From: Octopus sinensis
Lineage: Eukaryota
Assembly (NCBI RefSeq): GCF_006345805.1
Contig: NC_043022.1
Span: 3,844,001 to 3,908,000 of the forward strand
Length of the DNA stretch: 64,000 nucleotides
Direction of reading: 5' to 3'
The notes beneath the pieces are model-generated. The model was given only the letters and a program-made list of their open reading frames with translations, was not told the DNA's origin and made no database searches. A program made the translations under genes and the position numbers. Within the stretch, counting starts at the first letter, position 1. Each line of letters begins with the position of its first letter. Below, one piece after another: positions 1 through 13,261 of the stretch.

Positions 1-424
1 GTAATTGCTTATTCTTAGAATGACATTGTAGGGTAGGTGTGAGAGGCCAAATCTGGAGCCCGGATGTGGGAGCATGACATAGACCTTTGATGTGTGGGAT
101 CCTGTCAAACCACCACAGAAGACAAATGTTAAAAATGGCAAAACATACCCACAGCTGTCATCTTGTCTCCAGAAACAATACAAAACAAACGAGATTGTCT
201 TTTGCTTAACAACAAGCAAACTGAAAAGGATCATTGTTGATTCGTTGAGATTGCCTTTCCTTCTCATGCAGAGTCAGTGGCCTCTAGGTGTTTGTTTACC
301 TTCTCTCAAAACAAGGATAGTTTCAGTAAAGCAAGAATTTATCTTGTTTGGTATTGAACAGAACTTTCTTGGTCTTCAATGTCCAATTTTATGCCACTTG
401 CATCAAACAATTTTCTCTTATTTT

Positions 425-770
425 GATGTGTGTGCGTATGTGTTGGTGTGTGTGGTTGGGTGTTGATGTATGTGTGTGTATGTGTGTTGGTGTGTGTGTG
501 TTTGTATGTTGGTGTGTGTGTGTGTTAGTGTGTTGGTATGTGTGTGGATGTTGGTGTATGTGTGTTGGTGTGTGTGTGTATGTGTTGGTGTGTGTGTGCT
601 TGTGTGTGTGTGTGCTGGTGTGTGTGTATGTTAGTGTGTTGGTATGTGTGTGTGGATGTTGGAGTATGTGTGTTGGTGTGTGTGTGTGTATGTGTTGGTG
701 TGTGTGTGTGTATGTGTTGGTGTGTGTGTGCTTGTGTGTGTATGTATGTTGGTGTGTGTGTGTGTGTATA
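425..770 (+). repeat. Complex (GT)n minisatellite
   Basis: Repeating gtgtgtatgtgttggt units. Confidence 0.9.
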
Positions 771-980
771 CAATCTTGAAGTAATTTCTTCCTAAGAAAA
801 TAAAAAACCTTCCAAGTAACAGGTAAGATTTCAACAACAAAGGACTCAATACACATGTAGAATCCAAACCGTCCACAGAGAACAACCAACCAAACACAAG
901 ATGGAACTGACAACAGTGACTTTGAAGTTTTACCAGCAATTGGTGTGAGCGGGTGGTTAGTTAAACTATTGGATGATGGA

Positions 981-1363
981 TGGAAGCACTCCGTCGGTTA
1001 CGACGACGAGGGTTCCGGTTGATCCGAATCAACGGAACAGCCTGCTCGTGAAATTTTCGTGTAAGTGGCTGAGCACTCCACAGACATGTGTACCCTTAAC
1101 GTAGTTCTCGGGGATATTCAGCGTAACATAGAGAGTGACAAGGCCGGCCCTTTGAAATACAGGTACAACAGAAACAGGAAGTAAGAGTGAGAGAAAGTTG
1201 TGGTGAAAGAGTACAGCAGGGATCACCACCATCCCCTGCCAGAGCCTCGTGGAGCTTTAGGTGTTTTCGCTCAATAAACACTCACAACGCCCGGTCTGGG
1301 AATCGAAACCGTGATCCTATGACCGCGAGTCCGCTGCCCTAACCACTGGGCCATTGCGCCTCC
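981..1363 (-). mobile_element. Full-length tRNA-derived SINE (family B)
   Basis: A box TGGCCCAGTGG and B box GGTTTCGATTCC; related copies at about 9370-9668 and 61170-61320. Confidence 0.85.
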
Positions 1364-1665
1364 TATTGGATGAAATGCAAGAGAGAGAGAGAGGATGTGT
1401 GTCTGTGTGTGTCTGTGTCTGTGTGTGCGCTGTACAAATCAAAAACATTTAAATAACAAAACCATTACCCAGAATATTGAAAGATTTATCAAAAATCAGT
1501 TTATTTATTTAAAAAAAAAGGAAAAAAAGTGAACAAAGAATCAATTTTACAAATGAATTTGTCAACAAACGGAGGACCCTCTCCAGTAATAGAAAATGTA
1601 GGGTGATTAATTAACAACAGTGATAATTAACAACATTCGTGATGAAAGTGGTTTCATGAAACAGC

Positions 1666-1700
<35 letters not shown>

Positions 1701-2744
1701 CAATAATAACAATAATAATAATGTAGCAGGCCATGTAGTGGATCTCTCTGGCAAATCGCTTCAAAATGATTCCCTTCATTGGTTTTTCATGGAGAACTTG
1801 TCATGTTTCATTAAAAAAAGGCAAACGCAACATACGCATATACACACACATATATATATATATGTGGTGGGGAGGGCTATGTGTGTGTTGTATATGTGTG
1901 TGTATAATAAGTTCAATTCCTGGACCAACCTGTGTGTTGTGTTCTTGAGCAAGACACTTTATTTCACGTTGCTCCAGTTCACTCATCTGTAGAAATGAGT
2001 TGTGATGTCACTGGTCCCAAGCTGTATCGGCCCCTTTGCCTTTCCCTTGGATAACATCAGTGGCATGGAAAGGAGGGGAGGATGGTATGCATGGGTGATT
2101 GCTGGTCTTCCATGAACAACCTTGCCTGGACTTGTGCCTCGGAGGGTAACTTTCCTGGTGCAATCCCATGGTCATTCATGACCAAAGGGGGTCTTTACCC
2201 TTTACCCTTTATTTAGATAACAGGGTTACGGCATAAATAGGAGAGGTTAGAAAGGTAAAAAAAGGGGATGAAACAAAATAAAATAAAACAAGACATGATA
2301 CAGACACACAAAACTATAGATTACACCATTATATATTTATATGCATCTGGTATCTTGTACTTGTCTCAATCATTAGGCTGTGGCCATGCTGGGGCACCAT
2401 CTTGAAGGATTTTAGTTGAACAAACCAACCCCAAGACTTACTGTATTTCAATGTGTATAAGGAACCCATTTTTGTCAAAAATTAGGTAAAAAAATATGGG
2501 AGTCTCTTGTACAAGGATAGTATTATAATCCCTTACAAAACCTTTTTTCCAAATTTTAAGCCACCAAAATTAGGAGGTTCCTTATACACATTAAAATACG
2601 GTATTTATTTATTTATTTTATTCCTGGTAACTTATTTGGCAAAAGAGACCAATAATAGTTCAGCAAAAGAAACTGATAGAATAAGAACCAGTCTGGAAAA
2701 AAAACAGAAAAATAAATCCTGGGGGTTGATTCATTCGACACAAC

Positions 2745-2806
2745 ACACACACACACACACATATATATACATACATATATATATGATGTGTATATATATA
2801 TGTGTG

Positions 2807-2845
<39 letters not shown>

Positions 2846-2856
2846 TATATATTATA

Positions 2857-2898
<42 letters not shown>

Positions 2899-3027
2899 TA
2901 TATATAATGTGTGTATATATATGATGTATATATAATGTGGTGTATATATATATATGATGTATATATAATGTGTGTATATATACGATGTATATATAATGTG
3001 TGTATATATATATACGATGTATATATA

Positions 3028-3060
<33 letters not shown>

Positions 3061-3100
3061 ATGTTTGTGTATATATATATATATATATATATATAAACAC
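2745..3100 (+). repeat. Complex (TA)n minisatellite
   Basis: Repeating tgatgtatatataatgtgtgtatatata units. Confidence 0.9.
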
Positions 3101-4042
3101 ACATATACATAAATGCATTAGATGCTGTCAAAATTATATGTCTACTTCCCCATAGATGGGAAGGTTGAAAGGGTCTTCTCTGGGGCCATGTATTGGAAGT
3201 TCCAAGTCCCTTTCAATACCTAACCACAAGAGATCTTCAGGGGAACACTTTATTTGCATTCTATGACAGAGATCTAATATCTGGAGTCAGACAGAGGGTG
3301 AGGTAAGTTATAAAGTATTTAGAGAAGGAAGCAGAAAGTAAACAAGCATGGCAGTGCCCCAGCATGGCCACAGTCAAATGACTGAAACAAGCAAAAGAAT
3401 AAAGAATGTGGTGAAGGGGTAAAAAGGTAACAGAATGCAAAGAGGTGTTCCTCTGATGATCCGTTGTGGTCAGGGATCCATATGCACTTAGAACACCCAA
3501 TGCTGGGTTCCAAATAACGACAATGGTGAAACACAAGGAATTAATAATGGGTGTGTGTGCGTGTATATATACATATATATAGATATGGATGTGTGCGTAT
3601 GCATGTATGTACAGGTATCAATTTCTCCAGTATGACATTGGTAGGAGCAGGACCTCAATGTAAAGCCTCCAAAATAACAGTGGTTGACCATTTATAAGCT
3701 GCCAGACATTTTGAAGAGTACCGACTGTCACTGTTTCCCATTCCTAGTGAATGTTTATGGCAAGAGGAATGGTCCACCAGAGATCGACTTGATGCCAAAA
3801 ATTTTTTTTAGAATAAATAAAAAAAAAAAGTCAGCAGCACAAGCTTTGAAACCGGAATGTAAGATTATCTGAGTTGAGCACTTTGCAAAAAGCAAATGTA
3901 CAGAATTAACATTTCTGTCTTTTTTTTATCTCTCTTCAAACAACACACGCATGCATGCATGCACACACACACACACCACACACACACACACACAATTACA
4001 CGTAGAAATAGTCTCGGGTTCAAGAGAATCTACCGTGTTTTA

Positions 4043-4890
4043 CATTAACCCTTCACCAATGAGATTACTCTGTCAAATGTAATTCTTACTTATTGGCATT
4101 GCTTTGAATTAATCATGGATTATCTCACAGCTTGGAGATTTCAATGATGTGATTGTTTTACTTTTAAATTGACATTGTAGGTTAAGTGTGAAAGGCCAGA
4201 TCTGACCACCCAACACAGGGATGGTAAAATACTGAGGCCAGATGCGGCCAGGTCAACCCTTTGGCATTCAGGTTATTCTGTCAAATGCAAAGCTTATTTA
4301 TTTCCATTGTTTTGAATTAATCCTGGATTATCTCATAGCTTTGAGATCTCAATGATATGATTGTTTTACTTTCAGAATGGCATTGTAGGGCAGATGTGAA
4401 AGGCCAGATCTGGTCACTTTTACCATAAAACAAGTAAAATATTCAATGTACACATATAATACTGAGGTATAAATCATTAATCTTATATCTTTAGCATTCA
4501 GATTACTCAGTCAAATGCAAAGCTCATTTATTCCCATTGTTTTGAATTAATCAGGGATTATCTCATAGCTTTGAGATTTCAATGACATAATTATTTTACT
4601 TTTTAGAATGGCATTGTAGGATAGGTATGAGAGGCCAGCCAGATCTGAACACGGCCAAGTCTTCAGCATTCTGATTCCTCTACCAAATGTGAAGCTTAAT
4701 TATTCAAACTGTCTCCAATTAATCATGGATTATCTCATAGCTTTGAGGTTTCGATGATGCGATTGTTTCACTTTTTAGAATGGCATTGTAAGGTAGGTGC
4801 AAGAGGCCAGATCTGAACACTCTGGACATAAAACAAGTAGAATATTTGAGCCGAATACGACCAGTTTAAATGCTAAAGGAATAAAAACAT
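4043..4890. repeat. Tandem cluster of about 4 degenerate piggyBac-like MITE copies
   Basis: Repeated ..cattcagattactctgtcaaatg..ggattatctcatagctttgag..ggcattgtagg..gaggccagatctg units at about 4043, 4251, 4487 and 4660. Confidence 0.75.
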
Positions 4891-5198
4891 CAGCAGTCAA
4901 TGAGAAAAATTTCAAATGGTAATTAAATATAAAGGGAGGGGGTGGCGTTGAGCAGCAGGGGGCAAAAAGATCAGATTAGGTTCTGTGACCAAAATGTAAA
5001 GTTTATGATGTCTTTAGGAGATCAGAAAATTAAATTCTATTTTTGTGTTGCAGTCACGTAAAACATAAAACAGTGTTTTGTTGCATATAAACAACCAGGA
5101 GAAAATTTCTTTAAAAAAAACGAGAATTGGAGGAGTTTATGTTTTTTTGATTGTTCTTTTTGTTGGGTTTCCTGTTGGGATATTTTTTTTTTTGTTTG

Positions 5199-5204
5199 TT
5201 TATT
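5199..5204 (-). promoter_or_regulatory. Candidate PEX2 polyadenylation signal (AATAAA)
   Basis: AATAAA on the minus strand about 27 nt after the stop codon; other AATAAA copies lie further downstream, so usage is uncertain. Confidence 0.3.
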
Positions 5205-5230
5205 TTCTTAAGCAATTTGACTCGGAGATG

Positions 5231-5335
5231 TTATGAAGATTCCTCCGTAAGGTCAACTGGGGAAATCAGAGTGAAATTCAGCACAGCTTTTTTACAGACT
5301 GGACACACATAACGAGGATCAGCTAAAAAATTACT
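5231..5335 (-). CDS. PEX2: PEX2 coding exon 8 (SNFLADPRYVCPVCKKAVLNFTLISPVDLTEESS*)
   Basis: Long pyrimidine tract + gcag| acceptor; final CPxC pair of the RING; TAA at 5231-5233. Confidence 0.93.
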   Translation of the reverse strand, partial: SNFLADPRYVCPVCKKAVLNFTLISPVDLTEESS

Positions 5336-5409
5336 CTGCAAAGAGAAAAACAGAAAAAAGAAAAGAAAAAAAGATCAGTTATTAAAGAGTGGAAAAAAAT
5401 ATTAAAATA

Positions 5410-6021
5410 GGCGCAGGAGTGGCTGTGTGGTAAGTAGCTTGCTTACCAACCACATGGTTCTGGGTTCAGTCCCACTGCGTGGCACCTTGGGCAAGTGTCT
5501 TCTACTATAGCCTCGGGCCGACCAATGCCTTGTGAGTGGATTTGGTAGATGGAAACTGAAAGAAGCCTGTCGTATATATATATGTGTATGTGTGCGTGTA
5601 TGTTTGTGTGTCTGTGTTTGTGTGTCTGTGTTTGTCCCCCTAGCATTGCTTGACAACCGATGCTGGTGTGTTTACGTCCCCGTCACTTATCGGTTCGGCA
5701 AAAGAGACCGATAGAATAGCCTTGGGCCGACCAATGCCTTGTGAATGGATTTGGTAGACGGAAACTGAAAGAAGCCTGTCGTATATATATATATGTGTAT
5801 GTGTGCGTGTATGTTTGTGTGTCTGTGTTTGTCCCCCTAGCATTGCTTGACAACCGATGCTGGTGTGTTTACGTCCCTGTCACTTAGCGGTTCGGCAAAA
5901 GAGACCGATAGAATAAGTACTGGGCTTACAAAGAATAAGTCCCGTGGTCGATTTGCTCAACTAAACGTGGTGCTCCAGCATGGCCACAGTGAAATGACTG
6001 AAACAAGTAAAAGAGTAAAGA
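5410..6021 (+). mobile_element. Dominant SINE family A copy with internal tandem duplication
   Basis: ggcgcaggagtggctgtgtgg A box and ggttcagtccc B box, central TA/TG microsatellite, gtaaaagag tail; central about 200 bp is duplicated. Confidence 0.92.
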
Positions 6022-7657
6022 GTATAAAGTTTAATTAGTAAAGTATTTCATCATCATCATCATCATCTATTTTTCATGCAGGCATGGGTTGGATGGCTTG
6101 ATTGGGGCCTGGAGAGCCAGCGGCTGCACCAGGCTCCATCACGTAAGCAAAACAGTGAGAATCTCTGATAAAGTAGACATTTAGCCTAAACACATTCCCG
6201 TATATTTGAGACAACTGTGCTGGTACGGCCATGTGATGCATATAGACAAGGACAGCCATGTAAAGAAGTACTGATCTTTAACCTGTGGAGGAAACCTGTG
6301 GATAAGGTAGACCCAGGAAGACGTGGGATGAGGTGGTGAAATGTGATCTTCAAATGTTGGGCCTTACAACATAAATACTTAGCAGTATTTCATCTGCCAT
6401 TACGTTCAAATTCCGCCAAGGTTGACTTTGCCCTTCATTCTTTCAAGGTCGATAAAATAAGTACCAGTCAAGTACTGGGGTCGATGTAATCGACTTAACC
6501 CCTTTGTCTGTCCTTGTTTGTCCCCTCTATGTTTAGCCCCTTTGTGGGCAATAAAGAAATAAGTGACCAAGACCTTTGGTGATATCGCCTGACTGGCCCT
6601 CTTGCCGGTGGCACATAAAAGCACCCACTACACTCTCAGAGTGGTTGGCGTTAGGAAGGGCATCCAGCTGTAGAAATACTGCCAGATCAGACTGGAGCCT
6701 GGTGTAGCCATCTGGTTCGCCAGACCTCAGTCAAATCGTCCAACCCATGCTAGCATGGAAAGCGGATGTTAAACGATGATGATGATGATCGCACTTAAGA
6801 AGATTTGTCAAACCAAGTGAAATTGTAGTCATGGCTAATGCTGGTGTCACATAACTGGCACCTGTGCTGGTGGTACATAAAAAGCACCCTTCAAACGTTG
6901 GGCCTCACGTAAGTGACCGAGGCTACTGGTGGCATGCCATGTTTGAGAAGAATCATCAAGCCAAGCAAAAACATAGTCATGGTTGATGTTGGTGTCACGT
7001 AACAAGCACCCACGCTGGTGGCACATAAAAGCCACCCTTTGAACTTTGGGCCCCATGGAGGCGATGACAAGTGACCAGTCTTAAAGTAATTTTTGTTCCA
7101 AATATTAATCTAATCCTCATCATCATCATCATTTAATCTCCTTTTATTTTCCAAACTGGCATGGGCTGGACGGTTTGAGAAGTACAACAACCCAGAGGGC
7201 TCCACTAGGTTCTATAAGTGCTTTGGCACGATTTCCTGGACACCCTACCTAACACCAACGACTTTGCTACAGAGTGTCCTGGGTGCTTTCTATGTGGCAC
7301 CAGCACCAATGATGTCACTAAGTACCTGCAAGATAAGACGCTTTAACTAAGCTGGGTATAGGCTGGAGGGAGAAGAATGTATTATAGAGGGAGAGCGAAG
7401 TGAGAGTCTTGCTGAAGAGGTGATACAAGACTTGCACACCTTGCACTTATTTCATTAAGTATTTCATTATTTTCAAAATTAACTGAAATAAAGGTTGTGT
7501 ATTTCAATAGAGACATCGTAACAAAAGGGTTAGCTGTAACTTAAGCTTGCCCCTTAAGGTGCAGGGGTTCCACAAGCAACATAGCAAATTGCACAACTTT
7601 CAATGGAGAATAGCCATAAAATAGGGGAGATAACTGTGATTCGTCAATGTATTACAG

Positions 7658-8041
7658 CAGTGGTTCCCAACCTGGGGTCTGCAGACCCCTGGTGGTCCAT
7701 AAAGGTAGTTCTGGAGGCACGGGAACTAAATTCAAAATTTCATACACACACACACACATATATAAGTGACCTCACATATGCTTGTGCCACCAAAAAGCAC
7801 CAAGTCCACTCTGCTGAGTGGTTGGTATTAGGAAGGGCATCCAGCCGTAAAAATCCTGCCAAAACAGTCACAGAAGTCTGGTGCAGGGTTCTGCCTGACT
7901 GGCTTTTGTGGTACTGTCCCACCCATGCTAGCATGGAGGGCAGACGTTAAATGATGATGATGATATATATACATAAGGATAAGCATATTAAAAGGGATCC
8001 ATGGGAAAACTCATTTGAATAAAAAGGGTTAGGAACCGCTG
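7658..8041. mobile_element. hAT-like MITE with nested RTE-tail fragment
   Basis: TIRs CAGTGGTTCCCAACC / GGTTAGGAACCGCTG; no clear TSD. Confidence 0.6.
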
Positions 8042-8693
8042 TTGAGAACAACCGCATTCCAGCCCTTTTGTTGCTTAGTTTCTATCAAACTGTCTAACCC
8101 ATGCCAGCATGGAAAAACGGATGTTAACTGATGATGATGATGATGATGGCTGTCCCCTAAAGCCTAACACTCCCTTTGACATACCCAGGTGCCTCCTTGG
8201 GGATGGTACCACCCACAGAGAGAACCTCTGCTATATTGTTTACCACTGGTCTTTGAAAAAGGAGAGCAATCGGTCGTCCTGTCAATAGTAGCCCCACTTC
8301 CCCCAAATTATGACAAATGAAATATCAATGTCCACACATTCGTGCATACATACACACTCCATTGCTTCAATGCTATATTGCAACAGTTCTTAACCATTTT
8401 TTTTTCTTGCAGCACCCTTTTAATTAGTTGTTCTGCCCAGCACCCACCTAAGGGGTGAGTGAGGTGACATGACCTAAACTAACTTAAAATAGATAATAAT
8501 TTAAAATTTTACAAAAAAAAAGGGGTATTGTATAAGCTTTTAACATTGAAATGATAAAAGAATGAACAAAGTTCCGGGGTCAGTCCCACTGCGTGACATC
8601 TTGGGCAAGTGTCTTCTGCTATAGCCCCAGACCGATCAATGCCTTGTAAGTGGATTTGGTAGACGGAAACTGAAAGAAGCCTGTCGTATATAT

Positions 8694-8731
<38 letters not shown>

Positions 8732-10389
8732 TTGTGTGTCTGTGTTTGTCCCCCTAGCATTGCTTGACAACCAATGCTGGTGTGTTTACGTCTCCGTCAC
8801 TTAGTGGTTCGGCAAAAGAGACCAATAGAATAAGTACTGGGCTTACAAAGAATAAGTCCCGGGGTCGATTTGCTTGACTAAAAACGGTGCTCCAGCATGG
8901 CCGCAGTCAAATGACTGAAACAAGTAAAAGAGTAAAGAGTAAAGTAAAAAGTTATAAATTTACTTTATACATTTGCAAGTTAATGGCTTCCTCGTACCTG
9001 ACGAGATCTCATTTTGATTTTAATAACCATTACTAGTTTTATCGTGCAGAATATAATTACTATTATAGGTAAACTTTATTAGGCTAATTGTTACCCCCAC
9101 CCCTCTCCCTCACCAAATACCTAATCACTAAGGCACACCTCTTCAGATAGAACAATGTTTCTTAACCTTTGTTTTTGTAGCAGCCCCTTGTAATGTAGCT
9201 GTTCTGCCTAGCGCCACCAAAGTGATAAGAAAGGTATCATGACCTAAACTGGCTTAGATGGTAATTTATAAATTTTACTCTGAAAATGGATTGTAGAAGC
9301 TTTTAACAGTGAAATGATAAAAACGTTAATTAAGACATGTTGTAAATTTACTAGTTTATACATTGTTGTTCCTTCTCAAGCCATGCCTGGCTCATAAGGG
9401 CCAGTTTCCTGGTTTCCTTGGCATATAGGTTCCCCACATGGACGGGACGCCGGACCGTCGCAGGTGAGCTGCAAGATGCAGGAGGAAAGAATGAGAGAAA
9501 ATTGTGGCAAAAGAGTCAGCAGAAGTTTCGCCATTACCTTCTGCCGGAGCCGCGTGGACCTTAGGGGTTTTCGCTCATAAACACACATATCGCCCAGTCT
9601 GAGATTCGAACCCGCGATCCCTCGACCGCAAGTCCACTGTTCTAACCACTAGGCCATGTGCCTCCACAGTTTATACATTGTGAGTTAATGACCATTACTA
9701 GTTTTATCATGTAGAATATAATTATTACTATAGGTAAAATTTAATATGCCAATTATGTTACCACACTGTAGGAAGGGCATCCAGCCATAGAAACCCTGCC
9801 AAAACAGACAGGGAGCCTGAACAGCCCTTTTGTTGCTTAGTTTCTGTCAAACTGTCTGACCCATGCCAGCATGGAAAAACGGATGTTAACTGATGATGAT
9901 GATGATGGCTGTCCCCTAAAGCCTAACACTCCCTTCGACATACCCAGGTGCCTCCTTGGGGATGGTACCACCCACAGGGAGAACCTCTGCTACATTGTTT
10001 ACCATTGGTCTTTGAAAAAGGAGAGCAATCGGTCGTCCTGTCAATAGCAACCCCACTTCCCCCAAATTATGACAAATGAAATATCAATGTCCACACATTC
10101 GTGCATACATACACACTCCATTGTTTCAATGCCTTTTTCTTCAATGCTTTCTTCAGACAGATGAGTTTATTGGCACAGAGTTTCCTACAACCAGATGCTC
10201 TCCCAGTCGCCAACCCTCACTTGTTTTCAACTGAGCTAACGATTGTCCAGTCTGCTGAACAACTAACAACCAGGATAGGTTTTAAGCAAAGAAACAAACA
10301 ATACACACACACACACACACACAAGCATTTATTACATACATACACACACACACACACACACCATGCAGAGTCCTAATCATATTTGTAGT

Positions 10390-10610
10390 CGTGGCTGATG
10401 CCAGTGCCGCCTGACTGGCACCCATGCCAGTGGCACATAAAAAGCACCCACTACACTCTCAGAGTGGTTAGCATTAGGAAGGGCATCCAGCTGTAGAAAC
10501 TTTGCCAGATCAGCGTGGAGCCTGATGCGGCTTCCCAGCTTGCCAGTCCTCAGTCAAACCGTCAAACCCATGCCAGCATGGAAAGCGGACGTTAAACAAC
10601 AACAATGAAA
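10390..10610 (+). mobile_element. RTE-type 3'-tail repeat family (catgccagcatggaaagcggacgttaaac + (GAT)n)
   Basis: Recurs at about 6590-6790, 12170-12480 (-), 16600-16840, 22790-23150 (-), 30700-30925, 51155-51830 and 53280-53440. Confidence 0.75.
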
Positions 10611-10844
10611 TACACGAAGGGCTACTTTCAGTTTCTGTCTAGCAAAGCCACTCACGAGATTTCGGTCATCCTGAGGCTACAGTTAAAGACACTTGCCCAA
10701 GGTACCACACAGTGGAACTAAACTTGAAACCAAAAGATTAAAAACATAATGCAAAATAAAAACCAAAAAACAGTTTAAAATGTAAGCAAAGAACCGAGAA
10801 TGGTTGGGATAGAAAATTCTTTGTAAAAAAACCAAAAACCTTAC

Positions 10845-11057
10845 CGAAATACAGTAGTAACAGAACACATGACTACAACCAATCTGATGTGGGTTGTGAG
10901 GAACGAGATCACATATGGCACAATTGGTCAATTCTGCCATTGTCCGAGAGTCTGGAGAACTGGGTTGAGCTGGCGGCGGCTGAGGCAGAAGGTAGTATGT
11001 TAGGATACTTTTCATGCGACGGAAATTCACTAAGGGTAGAAGGAAGAATAAAAACTC
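10845..11057 (-). CDS. PEX2: PEX2 coding exon 7 (EFLFFLLPLVN...CAICDLVPHNPHQIGCSHVFCYYCIS), RING N-terminal part
   Basis: tttcag| acceptor, TCG|gtaagg donor, 213 nt; CxxC, CxH and CxxC of the C3HC4 RING. Confidence 0.96.
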
Positions 11058-11942
11058 CTGAAAAGACAAAGAGAAAAGAGAGATGGATGGATGGATTCCA
11101 ATGTTATAGGTTGGACAATTTGGGCCGTAGTTTTGATACTACTTTATTATTTAATTCTCACTTGATGAAAACGTTCTTTCATAAATGGTCTAAAACAACA
11201 ACATCATTGTCATCACTTAATGCCTGCTTTTCACTGAATCAGAGCTGATATTCTATGGCTGGGTGTCCTTCCTGACACCAATCCTCCCCTGTTTCCAAGC
11301 AAGGAATTATTGCCCTGTGACCAGATATGTTCTTGAAGAAGATTGGAAATGAATGACAATGCTTGTATGACAGTGGCACTCATTTACAACTACCATGACA
11401 AGGACACATTTACACACACAGACACACGACAGGCTTCTTTCAGTTTCCATCAACCAAATCCACTCACAAGACTTCAATTGATCTGAGGATATAGTAGAAA
11501 ACACTTGTCCAAAGTGTCACGCGGTAGGACTGAACCCAGAACCATGTCACTGGGAAGCTTGCACCTGCAAACATACATTCACATATACATCCAAACATAC
11601 ACATACATACATCATCATCATCATCATCATCATCATCACCACTTGACATTGCCTCTGTGAGACCCCCACATTCAAAGATCATGCTTTACCACCTCATCCC
11701 ATGTCTATGTGGGTCTAATTCTTCCACAGATTCTCTCCACAGTTAGAGATCAGCACTTCTTCACACAGCTGACCTCATTCATACACACCACATGAGCAAA
11801 CCAGTGGAGTCATCTCTCTTGCACACCAAATCTGATGTCTCTTAAGCCCAGTTTTTCTCTCATGACGCTTACTTTGTCATACATGCACACTGATATTGTA
11901 CATCCAGCAAAGCACACACACACACACACACACACATATATG

Positions 11943-12050
<108 letters not shown>

Positions 12051-12453
12051 TATATATATGTGTGTGTGTGTGTATGTGCGCTTTGCTGGATGTACAATAT
12101 CAGTGTGCATGTATATATATTCTCTCACACCATCTCCAATGAAGATATATATATATGTATGTATAAGATTCATCATCATTTAACATCCGTTGTCCATGCT
12201 GGCATGGGTTGGATGGTTTGACCAGAGCTGGCAAGCTGGAAAGCTGCACCAGGCTCCAATTGTCTGTTGTGGTATGGTTTCTACGGCTGAATGCTTTTCC
12301 TAATGCCAACCACTCCAAAAGTGTAATGGTTGCTTTTATGTGCCACTGGCACGGGTGCCATTTGGATGACACCAGTATCTGCCACGACTGCGATTTTGCT
12401 GGGCTTGATGGGTCTTCTTCTCAAGCACGACATAATGCCAAAGGTCTTGGTCA

Positions 12454-12607
12454 TTGCCTCCGTGAGGCCCAACACTCGAAAGGAACTAAGACATTTTGCC
12501 TCCATGAGGTGCAGCAATTCAAAGGAACTCAGCCACCTTGCCTCCATGAGGCCCAACACTCAAAACGAACTCAGCCATTTTGCCTCCGTGAGACCCAATG
12601 CTCAAAT
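12454..12607 (+). repeat. 42-bp minisatellite, about 3.6 units
   Basis: ttgcctcc(g/a)tgag starts at 12454, 12496, 12538 and 12580. Confidence 0.85.
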
Positions 12608-13213
12608 AAAAATATATGTGTGAAAATGGAGATGAGTACAAACATTCCCATGTGAGAAGCTTAAAAATTGTAGAGTGATCCCGGTTTACGTAAAACCATT
12701 GGTAGCCACAAATAAAGAATATTTATCCATCAGTGTGGTGTTGAACATTCATTCTTACCATTCGATATTAACATGTGTACATAGATATATATCTGTACAT
12801 ATATATATATATATATATATATACACAAGATAAGGGCAAAAGAAAAATTCTAATGCCAAATATGCCAAAAAAAGACAAGACTTTTCAATAACCATTATAA
12901 ATTATGCGCATAAATTATAATGGTTATTGAAAAGTTTTGTCTTTTTTTCGGCATAGTTGGCATTAGAATTTTTCTTTTGCCCTTATCTTGTAAATTATTA
13001 ATAAATTTAACCTTTAAAGGAATTTTTTGATATGCTGGCCATTGATAAAATTTTTTTCCCGAAAAAAATTTTATCCTATATTATAATAAGAGATTAGTTA
13101 TTATATCATCATCATCATCATCATATATATATATATATATATATGTATATGTGTGTGTGTGTGTGTATAGTGCATGTATGTGTAACACAATGAATGCGAT
13201 TGTTAATACTCAC

Positions 13214-13261
13214 TGAGAATCCATGCCATAATATCTCTCGTGTTAAATAATCAAAGGAGAC
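13214..13261 (-). CDS. PEX2: PEX2 coding exon 6 (VSFDYLTREILWHGFS)
   Basis: 48-nt exon, tttctctccag| and |gtgagt; conserved FxYxxRExLWHGF motif. Confidence 0.94.

Noticed and set aside
92-466. 124-aa plus-strand ORF
   Set aside because: No recognisable domain or splice support; starts in a MITE-adjacent region.
981-1363. tRNA genes at SINE heads
   Set aside because: A/B boxes continue into SINE bodies; no complete cloverleaf seen.
12454-12607. 42-bp periodic repeat resembling a CRISPR array
   Set aside because: Whole units are similar, with no unique spacers; derived from an RTE-tail repeat; eukaryotic context with no cas genes.
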